IMG/VR virus record: IMGVR_UViG_2944808559_000001 | Coordinates: 23,109 to 87,108 of that record | DNA: 64,000 nucleotides | Source of the DNA: a virus | Lineage: Duplodnaviria > Heunggongvirae > Uroviricota > Caudoviricetes | Strand: one strand, 5' to 3' | Shown here: positions 1-8,692 of the stretch, piece by piece | Layout of the letters: each line of letters opens with the position of its first letter | How positions within the stretch are numbered: the first letter of the stretch is position 1 | Made by a program: the position numbers and the translations under genes | Notes under the pieces: generated by a model | What the model was told of the DNA's origin: nothing | Seen by the model: only the letters and a program-made list of their open reading frames with translations | The model's database searches: none

Positions 1-39
1 CGACGTTCAACGCCACGACGCCCTCACCTCCAAGCTGGG

Positions 40-372
40 TCAGTCCTTGTCAGGGGTGAGGGCGCGGGCAATGCGGGTGTCCGCGTCGAGCAGGCCGAGG
101 ATCCTGGTGCGGAGCCACCGCCACGGCTTGCCGGACAGCGACTCCGGCGAGGTCAGGTCGATGCCGTAGACGGAGTGCAGGTCGCACTCGATCAGGGCCC
201 AGCGGGTCAGGAGGTCGCCCCACCCGACTGCCTGGCCGTCACCGCCCTGGTGCGCGGGGTCCGGCTCGTACCACTCGTAGAGCCCCGTGACGGGGTCGAA
301 CTCGCCGCCTCCGCCTCCGGGGCTTCCGCTTCCGGGCCCGCGTCCCAGTACTTCGCCGCGGTGTCGGCGTCA
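40..372 (-). other. -1 frame extension of tail assembly chaperone (gpT-like frameshift product), open from the TGA at ~370 to the stop at ~40
   Basis: The minus-strand -1 frame reads ...GSGSPGGGGGEFDPVTGLYEWYEPDPAHQGGDGQAVGWGDLLTRWALIECDLHSVYGIDLTSPESLSGKPW... while the 0 frame of the chaperone ORF turns into low-complexity junk (PEAEAPEAEAASSTPSRGSTSG). A candidate slippery G_GGC_CCG lies at ~330-345. This is the typical G/GT arrangement upstream of a tape-measure gene, which would sit beyond the window. Confidence 0.4.
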
Positions 373-674
373 CCGGCGATCCACAGGAACGCCGTCACCC
401 CGGCGTGCTTGATGCGCGGCCACGACACCCGGTCGGCGATCATCTCGTCGTAGGCGTCGCCGAGCACACGCCGGTACAGATCCGACTCGCCGTCGTCGTC
501 GAGGTTGGCCGCGTCCACCTGCTTACCGTTGGCGGCGTCGATCCCGGCCGTCATCAGCCGCTGACAGAACAGGCCCGTCTCGGCGTCGGGCGGCGGGACC
601 CGGTAGGTCTTGCCGCGGATAGGCAGCGACAGGCTGTCGTCGAAGAACTCGTCAAGGTCACGAAACTGAGCCAT
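207..674 (-). CDS. tail assembly chaperone (gpG-like)
   Basis: 155-aa ORF immediately downstream of the major tail protein gene on the minus strand. The second frame overlaps it (see extension feature). Confidence 0.5.
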   Translation of the reverse strand: MAQFRDLDEFFDDSLSLPIRGKTYRVPPPDAETGLFCQRLMTAGIDAANGKQVDAANLDDDGESDLYRRVLGDAYDEMIADRVSWPRIKHAGVTAFLWIAGDADTAAKYWDAGPEAEAPEAEAASSTPSRGSTSGTSRTPRTRAVTARQSGGATS

Positions 675-677
675 GGA

Positions 678-1145
678 TCAGGCCGCCGGGTTCGCGATCT
701 CGACCGGCGCGCCCTGGCCGATGAGCTCCAGCTCGAACGGCTCCAGGTCGGTCGTCTTGCCGCCGCCGCCCTTGTAGTCGACGGCCGCCCACCCCTGGTA
801 CGCGTCCGGGCTGCCGTCCCGCCTGTACCAGCGGACTTCGACGTTGGCCTCCACGCCGACGATGAGGCCGGCCTGGCGGACGAAGTCCTGGCCCGGGTCC
901 GGGACGAACGTGGCCGAGGCGGTGTCACGCTTGCGGTTGCCCTTGGCCTTGAGCGTCCAGGTCCGCTGCGTGACGGCGTCGGAGCTCCAGCCGTCGCCGT
1001 CGAAGTCGCTGTCGTCCTCGGTCTTGGTCTTGATCTCCAGCTCGAAGCTGGTCAGACCCCGGATTTTCGTCCAGGTCGGCTCGGCCCCGGGCGTGGTGTT
1101 GGCCTCCACCACCCAGTCCTTGGCCAGCAGGCTACGCAGAGCCAT
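678..1145 (-). CDS. phage major tail protein (TP901-1/phi13-like)
   Basis: 155 aa. TWTKIRGLTSFELE...KAKGNRKRDTASATFVPDPGQD is a typical siphophage major tail pattern. It sits after the head-tail genes and before the chaperone pair. Confidence 0.6.
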   Translation of the reverse strand: MALRSLLAKDWVVEANTTPGAEPTWTKIRGLTSFELEIKTKTEDDSDFDGDGWSSDAVTQRTWTLKAKGNRKRDTASATFVPDPGQDFVRQAGLIVGVEANVEVRWYRRDGSPDAYQGWAAVDYKGGGGKTTDLEPFELELIGQGAPVEIANPAA

Positions 1146-1225
1146 ATCAGTGCCTCCTCAAGGCATGCGAGAAAGCCCGCTGGCGGAACCGCTAGCGGGA
1201 AAGAGAAACGGATCAGATGGGCGGG

Positions 1226-1681
1226 TCAGCCGCCGTCGCGGTGCGTGGACGGCCGATGCGCCGTGATCTCGTAGGAGTCGGCGCGCTCCCACCGGCCGCT
1301 GTCGTCGCGGCCCAGTGGCGTGACGAGGCGACGCTGCGCCAGCAGCACGAATGCGCCGGTCACGAGCTGGTGGTTGGCGAGACCGTGCACCTGGTCGTAC
1401 ACGCCGTCGGCGAGGTCGTCCACGATGCGCGGGTCTGGGCCGCCCCGCATCCGGAACTGCACCTGCACGACCGTGTCGGCGTTCTCGACGTCGTCCATCG
1501 AGGTGCCCGACCCGTACATGGCCAGCGCGATCGCCGCATCAGGCGACGTGGGCAGCCCGCCGATCGTCAGGCCCGTCTGCTCGGTCGCGTACACGCCGTC
1601 CGGGTCCCAGTCCCCGACGCCGGCGGCGGCGAGCATCTGCGCGATCCCGGTCAGCAGATCGCGGGTGAAGGTGCGGCTCAT
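1226..1681 (-). CDS. putative tail terminator / head-tail joining protein
   Basis: 151 aa, immediately upstream of the major tail gene in the late operon. Called by position only. Confidence 0.35.
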   Translation of the reverse strand: MSRTFTRDLLTGIAQMLAAAGVGDWDPDGVYATEQTGLTIGGLPTSPDAAIALAMYGSGTSMDDVENADTVVQVQFRMRGGPDPRIVDDLADGVYDQVHGLANHQLVTGAFVLLAQRRLVTPLGRDDSGRWERADSYEITAHRPSTHRDGG

Positions 1682-2037
1682 CCCATCGCCCGTTCGATCG
1701 CTGCGGCGATGATCCGCTCCACCACCTCGGCCTCTTCACGCGCCGGGTTCTCCAGGTACTTCCACTCGCGTCCGGCCAGGTGCCGAAGCCCTTGCGTCTC
1801 GTGCTGGTAGACCGCGTACTCGGTGTCGTACGAGACGGCGGCCCGAAGCTCGCTCGGGTCGACGCTGGCCAGGCCCGAACGCTCCAGCACGCCGTCATCC
1901 AGCGGAACCCGCTGGCGTGACACCTGCAGGATGTGCTCGGCCGCGAGGGTCAGCCCGGTGACGGCGCCCGCCTTCCAGCGGGCGTTGACCTCGGCCGGGG
2001 TGTGGTGCACCCGGAACTCGGTGCTGCTCATCGGCAC
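1678..2037 (-). CDS. putative neck protein (HK97 gp10-like)
   Basis: 119 aa, 4-nt overlap with neighbours. Called by position in the head-tail module. Confidence 0.35.
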   Translation of the reverse strand: MPMSSTEFRVHHTPAEVNARWKAGAVTGLTLAAEHILQVSRQRVPLDDGVLERSGLASVDPSELRAAVSYDTEYAVYQHETQGLRHLAGREWKYLENPAREEAEVVERIIAAAIERAMG

Positions 2038-2348
2038 ACCACCTCCACATGGTCGGGGGTCGGCAGGCGGCCCCCGTTACGGTCGAAGCTGGTGATGGCG
2101 ATCATCTGCCGCCCGTAGGCGGTGATCCTGCTTCCGGCCGGGCAGCGGGTGCCAGGCCGGAAGAAGATCGTCGTATCGGAGACGACCTCGGTGCCGTCGT
2201 CGTCGCGCACCATGCGGCGCTCGTCGTCGATCAGGCACGGCTCGCCCTCGATGGGCGGGTCATAGACCGGCCCGTACGCGCCATGACCCTTGAACGGCTC
2301 GATGTCCGCGACGTGTGGGAGCATCCACAGCGGCAGCGTCGTGCCCAC
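2028..2348 (-). CDS. putative head closure protein
   Basis: 106 aa, in the head-tail joining module. Called by position. Confidence 0.35.
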   Translation of the reverse strand: MGTTLPLWMLPHVADIEPFKGHGAYGPVYDPPIEGEPCLIDDERRMVRDDDGTEVVSDTTIFFRPGTRCPAGSRITAYGRQMIAITSFDRNGGRLPTPDHVEVVCR

Positions 2349-2361
2349 GGTCCCCCCTCCG

Positions 2362-2754
2362 TCACCAGTAGGGGCCGTCGATGACGTAGCCCGGCAGCAA
2401 GCCTGCTCTGCGCAGGATCGACACGGCGTCCTGGGCGTAGCGCGGCGGACCGGACTCGCCGTTGCCGCCTCGGTCCAGCTGAACGCTGCCGATCCTCACC
2501 GACTTGTACGCGGAGGCGACGCCGTACTTGTCGCCCACTTCCAGCGACCAGGCCGCCTGCGCGCACGTGGCCCGCATGATGGCCTCCCGCTTGTCCGCCT
2601 CGACCGGCATCCCGGTCTCGTCGGTGCGGTAGACGGCCACCGTGAGCAGCTCGTCGATCCGCTCCGAGGCCCGCTCCAGCTCCCCCTCGATGTCAGCCGG
2701 AGCGGCGGCCCTGGTGTAGTCGGTGTAGTCGGCCGGGGTCGCGTACACCAGCAC
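2362..2754 (-). CDS. putative head-tail connector/adaptor (gp6-like)
   Basis: 130 aa, acidic N-terminus. Called by position downstream of capsid-associated genes. Confidence 0.4.
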   Translation of the reverse strand: MLVYATPADYTDYTRAAAPADIEGELERASERIDELLTVAVYRTDETGMPVEADKREAIMRATCAQAAWSLEVGDKYGVASAYKSVRIGSVQLDRGGNGESGPPRYAQDAVSILRRAGLLPGYVIDGPYW

Positions 2755-2763
2755 AGCAACCCC

Positions 2764-3108
2764 CTACGGCTGTTCGAGGACCGCGACCGTCACCCCGGCG
2801 GGGTCGCTGTAGTTGATCCACACCTTGCCGTCCGGCCGCCGGTACGCGGCCGGCAGCGGCGGGATCAGCACGTCGCCGGTCGTGGCCGGGATCACGTACT
2901 CCCGGTCCTGGATGTCCTGGCCGTCGACCGTGCCGGGGATCTCGATCGTGACCGTCCTCGGCGCGGCGTTGGTGTTCTTGATGCGGATCTGCCGCCTGTC
3001 CGACCAGGTGAACATGTTGCCGTCCACGTTGGCCGGGTTCGGCAGCGCGGCCGTCAGGTTCAGGCCCGCGCGCGGCACGGGCGTGACGGTGAGGTCAGTC
3101 CTGGCCAT
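2764..3108 (-). CDS. hypothetical phage structural protein
   Basis: 114-aa ORF in the late operon with high GC3. Confidence 0.4.
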   Translation of the reverse strand: MARTDLTVTPVPRAGLNLTAALPNPANVDGNMFTWSDRRQIRIKNTNAAPRTVTIEIPGTVDGQDIQDREYVIPATTGDVLIPPLPAAYRRPDGKVWINYSDPAGVTVAVLEQP

Positions 3109-3523
3109 CGTCGCCTCCTTCCCCGAACTCCTCGATCAGGGCCTGCTTGGACAGGGCGGCCGCGTCCCGCGCGGGCATGCCGCGCTTGATCGCGTAGGCG
3201 ACCCACTCCTTCTTCGGCTCGTGCTCGGCCGGGCGGATGACTCCGGCGGCGACGTCGGCGAGGCCGGGACCGGCCTGCCCCTGCACCGGCCCGGGATCGG
3301 GCTGGTCGGGCGCACCGATGAGAATCCATACCTCCAGCGCGTCCAGGCGCGCCGACCGGTTCGGGTACTGCACGACCTGGCCCGTGTTGCTGTTCCTGTA
3401 CTGGTAGGTGGAGGCGACATCCGCGTGGATGCCCTCCACCCTGTCCAGCGCGCCCATCGCGTTGACGTTCTCCCGCGCCGTCAGGGCGCCCATGTGGTCG
3501 ACGGGAGTGCGCGGCCCCGGCAT
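3095..3523 (-). CDS. hypothetical phage structural protein
   Basis: Internal ATG of the 234-aa track ORF (MPGPRTPVDHMGALTARENV...), 142 aa. Its start overlaps the stop of the upstream gene by 1 nt. Confidence 0.4.
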   Translation of the reverse strand: MPGPRTPVDHMGALTARENVNAMGALDRVEGIHADVASTYQYRNSNTGQVVQYPNRSARLDALEVWILIGAPDQPDPGPVQGQAGPGLADVAAGVIRPAEHEPKKEWVAYAIKRGMPARDAAALSKQALIEEFGEGGDDGQD

Positions 3524-3876
3524 CAGAAGTTCGCGTCCTTCTCGATGTCGATCTGGATGGTCAGGTCGGTCGGGGTGCCGGCCACGGACACGACGGTCGC
3601 GGCGAGCGTGTCGCCCGCCTGCATCCGCCGGTTCGCCAGGGCCGCGAGCGACCCTGGCACCCACGTGCTCGCCGCGTTCACCGACAGGTCGCCGGTCAGC
3701 ACGGACGCGCCGTTCTTGGTCGCGTTGACGGCCGCGCCGGTGCCGCCGACGCGGTAGGCGCGCACGGCCATGACCCGGCACGGCACGGACGCGCGCCACA
3801 GCACGAACGACCCGGCCGCGATGTCGCCGCCCTTGAGTGTGATGGTCTTCTCGGTCAGACGAGGCTTGAACGCCAT
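3523..3876 (-). CDS. possible head decoration / DUF2190-like small capsid-associated protein
   Basis: Internal start MAFKPRLTEKTITLKGGDIAAGSF... (118 aa). RBS AAGGAGA sits 8 nt upstream. Directly downstream of the capsid gene and its hairpin. Confidence 0.4.
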   Translation of the reverse strand: MAFKPRLTEKTITLKGGDIAAGSFVLWRASVPCRVMAVRAYRVGGTGAAVNATKNGASVLTGDLSVNAASTWVPGSLAALANRRMQAGDTLAATVVSVAGTPTDLTIQIDIEKDANF

Positions 3877-3904
3877 CCCTGCTGTCTCCTTGTGTCGTTG
3901 AGGA

Positions 3905-3944
3905 CCAGCCGCCCCGCTAGCCGAACGGCTAGCGGGGCGGCTGG
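3905..3944 (-). terminator. strong stem-loop (18-bp perfect stem CCAGCCGCCCCGCTAGCC / GGCTAGCGGGGCGGCTGG, 4-nt loop) 3 nt after the major capsid stop
   Basis: Read directly from the sequence. No U-tract, which is common for actinomycete terminators. Its position after the highly expressed MCP suggests a terminator or attenuator. Confidence 0.5.
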
Positions 3945-3947
3945 TGG

Positions 3948-4862
3948 TTAGGCGTTGTCCACGTCCTTGACCAGCACGGCCCGGTTGGGGTCCAAGGTCT
4001 TCGTGCCGTAGAGGGTATCGATGGAGACCACGTCCTGCTTGAGGTCGATGTCGTAGTCCATCACCACCCGGAGCGAGAAGCCCTTGTAGTTCGCGACGAC
4101 GGCGTTGGCGGCACCCTGCGGCAGCACCAAAGGGCGAGTGACCAGGCAAAACGCCGTCCTATGGAAGGCGACGCCGACCTCGGACTTACTGTTGCCGGTC
4201 GTCTGCGGCGGCACCTTGATGTTCTGGGTGCTGAACGCGTCGAACCCGAACACGCGCCTGCCGAGCGACGCCTCGCGCAGGCCGTCGGTGTCACCGCGGA
4301 CGTCGAGCTGGTGGAACAGCGGGTCCGACAGCCAGTGGGCCTTCATCTGCGGGCCGATCACCACGCTGCGCTGACTGGGCGAGACGCTGCGCTCGTTGAG
4401 GACCCGGTCGGCGTCGATCATCGACTTCGGGGTGTCCCAGGTGTGGATGTTCGGCAGGCCGCCGTTACCGATCTCCTGGACGACGTCGTCGCGCAGAGCG
4501 AGCAGGTCCCTGTCGATCTTCTGGCTGATCGCCTCCATCGCAGGATTCAGCAGCTGCGTGGCGAAGTCCTGAATCTCCAGGGTCATCTCTTCGGCGGTCA
4601 CGGCAAACGAGACGTCAGCGAAGTGATTCAGCGTGACCGGGACCGCCGTCTCGGTCGCGTTCTGGATCTGGATGCCCTCGCTGCGGTCATACTCGTAGGC
4701 GTCGAACGTGGCCGGCTTGCGGACGTTGACGGTGTCGCCGACCTTACCGGCGAAGTCTTCGTCCAGGTCGCGGTGCACGAGCTGAGCCATGACGCAGGTC
4801 TCGTACAGGGTGGCGAGCGCCGCGCGGGCGATCACCTGCGGGGTGAGAAACGTGTTGGCCAT
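3948..4862 (-). CDS. major capsid protein (HK97-fold)
   Basis: 304 aa. RBS AAGGAGA is 8 nt upstream of the ATG. Preceded by a scaffold-like gene and followed by a hairpin. Sequence is MCP-like (ANYKGFSLRVVMDYDIDL...). Confidence 0.8.
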   Translation of the reverse strand: MANTFLTPQVIARAALATLYETCVMAQLVHRDLDEDFAGKVGDTVNVRKPATFDAYEYDRSEGIQIQNATETAVPVTLNHFADVSFAVTAEEMTLEIQDFATQLLNPAMEAISQKIDRDLLALRDDVVQEIGNGGLPNIHTWDTPKSMIDADRVLNERSVSPSQRSVVIGPQMKAHWLSDPLFHQLDVRGDTDGLREASLGRRVFGFDAFSTQNIKVPPQTTGNSKSEVGVAFHRTAFCLVTRPLVLPQGAANAVVANYKGFSLRVVMDYDIDLKQDVVSIDTLYGTKTLDPNRAVLVKDVDNA

Positions 4863-4874
4863 GCGGCCGTCTCC

Positions 4875-5714
4875 TTAGGAAGCGGGAGACTCCTTCGCGC
4901 CGCGGCGGCGCTTGCGGAAGTCATCCACGGTGAGCTGGTCATCGCCGGTGCGTCCGCCGGGCCCGCCGCCGAACTCCCCCCCGGACTTGGTGTGCGTCGC
5001 CGCCGGGGCGACCGCCTTGTACTTCGGGTTGTCCTCCACCGCCTTGGCGATGGTGGAGGTGATCGTCGCGGCGAACTCCTTGTCGTCGGGGTCGAGACCC
5101 GACACGTTCGCCAGGAACGAGCGGCTGTCGAGCAGCGCGTCAACGTCGGCGCCGGCCTTGACTGCCTGCCGCACCACAGCGAGTTCGACCTGGGTGCGGC
5201 GCAGCCGGTCAGCGGTCTGCTCGTTCTGCGTGGTGAGCGCTGCCTTGTCGCTGGTGAGCTGCTCGATCACCTGCGCCGGTTCGAGGGGCTTCTCCTCCTC
5301 CACGCCGAGCGCCTTAGCGATCTGCTGCGCCACCTCCTGACGGGCGGTGGCCACCAGCTCCTCGGCGGTGGGACCGTCCGGCTTGGCGTCACTCTGCGCC
5401 TTGAGCTCTTTGAGCTGGTTGCGGAACTCGGCAGCCTCGTTCCGGGTGTCCTTGATCAGCTTCTGCGCCCAGGACGGCAGATCGGCGACCTTGCGCGGGT
5501 CCGCGACCATCGGCTGCTCCGGCTCGGTGCCCGGCCCGCTGCTCGGCCCCGTGGGTGCGCCCGTGACCTCGGCTCCACCGCCGTCCGCAGGGGCGGGGGC
5601 GGGCTGGCCTTCGGGCGCGCCTTCAGAGCCGCCAGCGATCACGTAGATGGGGCGGCCGTCCTTACGGTTGCCGAGCAGCGCGCCAGGCGCGGTCGGCAGC
5701 GGGTGGTGCTTCAC
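4875..5714 (-). CDS. capsid scaffolding protein
   Basis: 279 aa, Ala/Glu/Gln-rich coiled-coil (KELKAQSDAK...LTTQNEQTADRLRRTQVEL). GTG start with RBS AGGAGGG. Lies between the MuF and capsid genes. Confidence 0.65.
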   Translation of the reverse strand: MKHHPLPTAPGALLGNRKDGRPIYVIAGGSEGAPEGQPAPAPADGGGAEVTGAPTGPSSGPGTEPEQPMVADPRKVADLPSWAQKLIKDTRNEAAEFRNQLKELKAQSDAKPDGPTAEELVATARQEVAQQIAKALGVEEEKPLEPAQVIEQLTSDKAALTTQNEQTADRLRRTQVELAVVRQAVKAGADVDALLDSRSFLANVSGLDPDDKEFAATITSTIAKAVEDNPKYKAVAPAATHTKSGGEFGGGPGGRTGDDQLTVDDFRKRRRGAKESPAS

Positions 5715-5809
5715 GATGGGCCCTCCTGGAGCCAGACATGACGAAGGCCCGCGCCTGGCGGGCCGTGGTGGAGAAAAGCGCAGGTCAGCCCCTCACAGGG
5801 GCGAGGGGG

Positions 5810-6949
5810 TCAGCGGGGCAGCCGCAGCCCCTTGTCCTTGGCCAGCGCGCGGGCGCGCGCCCGGTACTCGCGTACCTTCGCGTTCGCCTTCTGCTTGGCG
5901 TCCTTGTCGATCGCCGCCGCCGCGCGGCGTTCCCACTGCCGGGCCTGGCGTTGCAAGCGACGCACCTCCTGGGTGTCGCCGTACTCCGCAGCCACCGCGG
6001 GCTTGGGCGCCGGCCGGGTGACGCCGGGCAGGTACGCCGACAGCGAGTGCCTGCAGTTCGGGTGCAGCAGCCCCTCAAGACGGGCCTGCGCCACGGTGGC
6101 CGCGACCTGGACGGTGATCGGCTCGTTGGTGAGGACGTTCGTTGCCAGCCGCTCGCCCGCCGTCCCCGACTGGGTGAGGACCTTGCCTTCCCACGGGTCG
6201 CACAGGCTGCACGAGTACGGCGTGGTGGAGACGATCACCAGGTCCATTCCCGCGTCACGCAGGATCGCGAGGTGGCCGTCCACGGCCGCGCGGGCGGTCG
6301 CCGTCCGCATCGCCATGGCCACGTACGACTCCAAGTTCCACGTGCGGCCCGACGCGTCGGTGAAGCCGGTGATACCGCGTGCGAGGAGCCGGTCGAGCGC
6401 CTCCTGAGCCGCCAGACGGCGGGTCTGGCCTCCGATCAGCACGCGGCCCGCGGTTGCGGCGATCACCTGCCGGTAGATGTCCTCCACCACGCGCAGCGCG
6501 GACAGCTCCACGACGTCGAGCCTCTCGACCACCTGGCGGGCCAGCTCGGTCACGCCCTGCCCGGGGTTGATCAGCTGGGAGGAGCCGAGCTGGCGGGCGT
6601 CCCGCAGCGTCCGCTCCAGCCGCCGGCGGATCTTGGCGTCGTTCACGTCGCGGATGGCGGTGATGATGGCCTGGTCCATCCCTGCCGTCCACGCGCCGAC
6701 GACCGACTTGCGGGCCTTGGCCGCAGCCTCCAGCCGCTTGATGATGCGTTCGGCCTCGCGGCGGAGCTGCCCGATCTCGGCCAGCCGTTTGGCCTGCCAC
6801 GCGGTCGGGTCGTCGTCGGCCTGGTCGACGTCGTCAGCGACCCGGGCCGCGATCCGCTGCAGGAGCACCTGCTCCGCGTCGGCGTACAGGCGGGCGACCT
6901 CGCGGGCCTGCTCCAACGCGGAGGCGATCTCCTGCTCGGGCGTCGCCAT
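5810..6949 (-). CDS. phage head morphogenesis protein (SPP1 gp7 / Mu F family)
   Basis: 379 aa. Carries the MuF motifs GITGFTDASGRTWNLESYVAMAMRTA and HPNCRHS. Its start overlaps the portal stop. Confidence 0.8.
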   Translation of the reverse strand: MATPEQEIASALEQAREVARLYADAEQVLLQRIAARVADDVDQADDDPTAWQAKRLAEIGQLRREAERIIKRLEAAAKARKSVVGAWTAGMDQAIITAIRDVNDAKIRRRLERTLRDARQLGSSQLINPGQGVTELARQVVERLDVVELSALRVVEDIYRQVIAATAGRVLIGGQTRRLAAQEALDRLLARGITGFTDASGRTWNLESYVAMAMRTATARAAVDGHLAILRDAGMDLVIVSTTPYSCSLCDPWEGKVLTQSGTAGERLATNVLTNEPITVQVAATVAQARLEGLLHPNCRHSLSAYLPGVTRPAPKPAVAAEYGDTQEVRRLQRQARQWERRAAAAIDKDAKQKANAKVREYRARARALAKDKGLRLPR

Positions 6950-8529
6950 CAGCTCTCGCCGGTGGGTTCGCCAGCGTCATCGTGTGCCTCGGGGACGATG
7001 ATGTCGCGCAGGTCATCCGGGTCGGGCACGTTCAGGCCGAGCTCGTCGCGTAGCCTGTCCACCTCGGCCTTGATCTGCGTCTCGTCCCACTCGGGGTGCA
7101 GCATGCGGACGCGGGTGTCCAGCGATGCGGACTGTGCCCGGTTGAGCATGTCCAGCGTCCGCGACAGCGCTTCCGGGTCGGGCATGACCCCGTCGGGCCA
7201 CTCCACGCTCGCCCGCTCCGGGACGACCTTCGTGCCGTAGATGTGCGCGTCGACCGCGAGCAGGCATTCCGCGAGCCACGCCAGCGCGGGCGTCCAGTAG
7301 TTGAGCTTCTTGCCGCGCGTGGTGAAGCTGCGGCGTTCGCGGGAGTGGATCTCCGTCGCGGTCGCCGCCGCGCCCTCGCCGGCCTCGCCGAAGCTCTGCA
7401 CGGAGTATCCGGCACCCCGCAGGATCTGCGCGAGCAGGCTCTTGGCGGTCTGCTGGTGCTCGGCGACGCGGATGTCGAACTGGGAGACGGTGATCATGGG
7501 AGCGCCGCCGGGCGGCGGCAGCATCCCCAGCGGCGCGTACACCTCGCGGTCCGGGTCCCACGTCGAGCCCCTGCCTCTGCCGGTGTTCGTCAAGTACACC
7601 TCGGGCACGATGATGCGACCCTTGCCGAGCCGCAGGTCCCGCATCCAGCTCGTGAACGTCTCGTCGAGCGAGTCCATGAGCGGCTCGACGCCCGCATAGT
7701 CCGAGCGGCCCAGACTGGTGCCGCGCAGCAGCCGGTGGGGGCGCATGTTCGGGACGTACTCGACCAGCAGCCCGCGCGGAAACCCGGAGTCGAAGCCGCC
7801 GTCGGCGTCGACCATCTCCGCGAAGATCTCCGTCTCCGGGTGGTCGGTCAACGGCACCTGCATGCCCAGCTTCTCGTCATCCCCCCGGTACAAGCCGTGG
7901 TAGACGCGGCCGAACTCATGACGCTCCAGGTGCCGCCACACGTCCTTGTGGTCTTCCTCGAGGATCCGCCAGAACGTGACCGCCCGCAGGCGGCCCTTGA
8001 CGAACTCCGGGACCGCGCAGTCCGCCGGGAGGACGTCCACCACCGGGTGGTCGTGCATCTCGGTGTCCCACCCGACCCGCAGGTACACGCCGCCGTAGGC
8101 GGCGCACAGCTCGGCGCCCTCCAGCAGGATGGCGTTCACGCCGCCCTCTCCGAGGATGGTCTCCAGCCTGGCGTTGCCCGTCTTCCCGCTCACTCGCAGC
8201 GTCGGCGCTTCGGAGAACAGCAGGTCGCCGGACGTGCCGGCGATGTCCGCCGCGATGGGAACGTGCAGCTTCGTCGACCGGGACTGCCCGGCCGGGAGCG
8301 GCGTGCCCCAGAACCATCGCGAGATCCGGTTCAGGAACCCGCCCCCATACGTCAGCGGCCGGTCCCACCCCTTCAGGTCGAGCCCGACCCCCGGGAGCAC
8401 CCCTGCGCCGTACACCTTCGCAAGCTCGTCCGGGTCTCCGCCGTACCAGGCGCCGTGCTGGGCGTACATGCGCAGCTCCGGCTTCATGCGCGGGGGCGGC
8501 CACTCCTGGTCAGTGGTGGGGAGCGGCAC
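6949..8529 (-). CDS. portal protein
   Basis: 526 aa, GTG start. Sits upstream of MuF. Its size and position are typical of SPP1-like portals. Confidence 0.8.
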   Translation of the reverse strand: MPLPTTDQEWPPPRMKPELRMYAQHGAWYGGDPDELAKVYGAGVLPGVGLDLKGWDRPLTYGGGFLNRISRWFWGTPLPAGQSRSTKLHVPIAADIAGTSGDLLFSEAPTLRVSGKTGNARLETILGEGGVNAILLEGAELCAAYGGVYLRVGWDTEMHDHPVVDVLPADCAVPEFVKGRLRAVTFWRILEEDHKDVWRHLERHEFGRVYHGLYRGDDEKLGMQVPLTDHPETEIFAEMVDADGGFDSGFPRGLLVEYVPNMRPHRLLRGTSLGRSDYAGVEPLMDSLDETFTSWMRDLRLGKGRIIVPEVYLTNTGRGRGSTWDPDREVYAPLGMLPPPGGAPMITVSQFDIRVAEHQQTAKSLLAQILRGAGYSVQSFGEAGEGAAATATEIHSRERRSFTTRGKKLNYWTPALAWLAECLLAVDAHIYGTKVVPERASVEWPDGVMPDPEALSRTLDMLNRAQSASLDTRVRMLHPEWDETQIKAEVDRLRDELGLNVPDPDDLRDIIVPEAHDDAGEPTGES

Positions 8530-8692
8530 GTCACACCCTCTCTCTTTCGGCTAACAGATTCGCTAGCGACAGCCACGAGTCAGCGAGCTTCTCGATGCGT
8601 TCCATCCGGGCCAGATCCGTCTCCAGCTCGGCGTTGGACAGCAGCCGGGCCGCGTTCTGCACGGCCTCGTCGAAGGTCACGTGGAACCTCGC

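Noticed and set aside
405-1274. Long plus-strand ORFs antisense to the late genes (for example 405..1274, 4161..5741, 5738..7240, 7096..8700, 9087..10373, 12424..14034, 14785..16467, 34528..36063, 60267..61601)
   Set aside because: Arg/Gly/Pro-rich low-complexity translations typical of antisense frames in 70%-GC DNA. Minus-strand partners have recognisable domains, RBSs and coupled overlaps.
8531-8679. 49-aa minus ORF between the repeat-protein gene and portal (VTFDEAVQNAARLLSNAELETDLARMERIEKLADSWLSLANLLAERERV)
   Set aside because: Plausible small gene with GTG start and weak RBS, but below the ORF-track threshold and unsupported by any motif. Left as a note.
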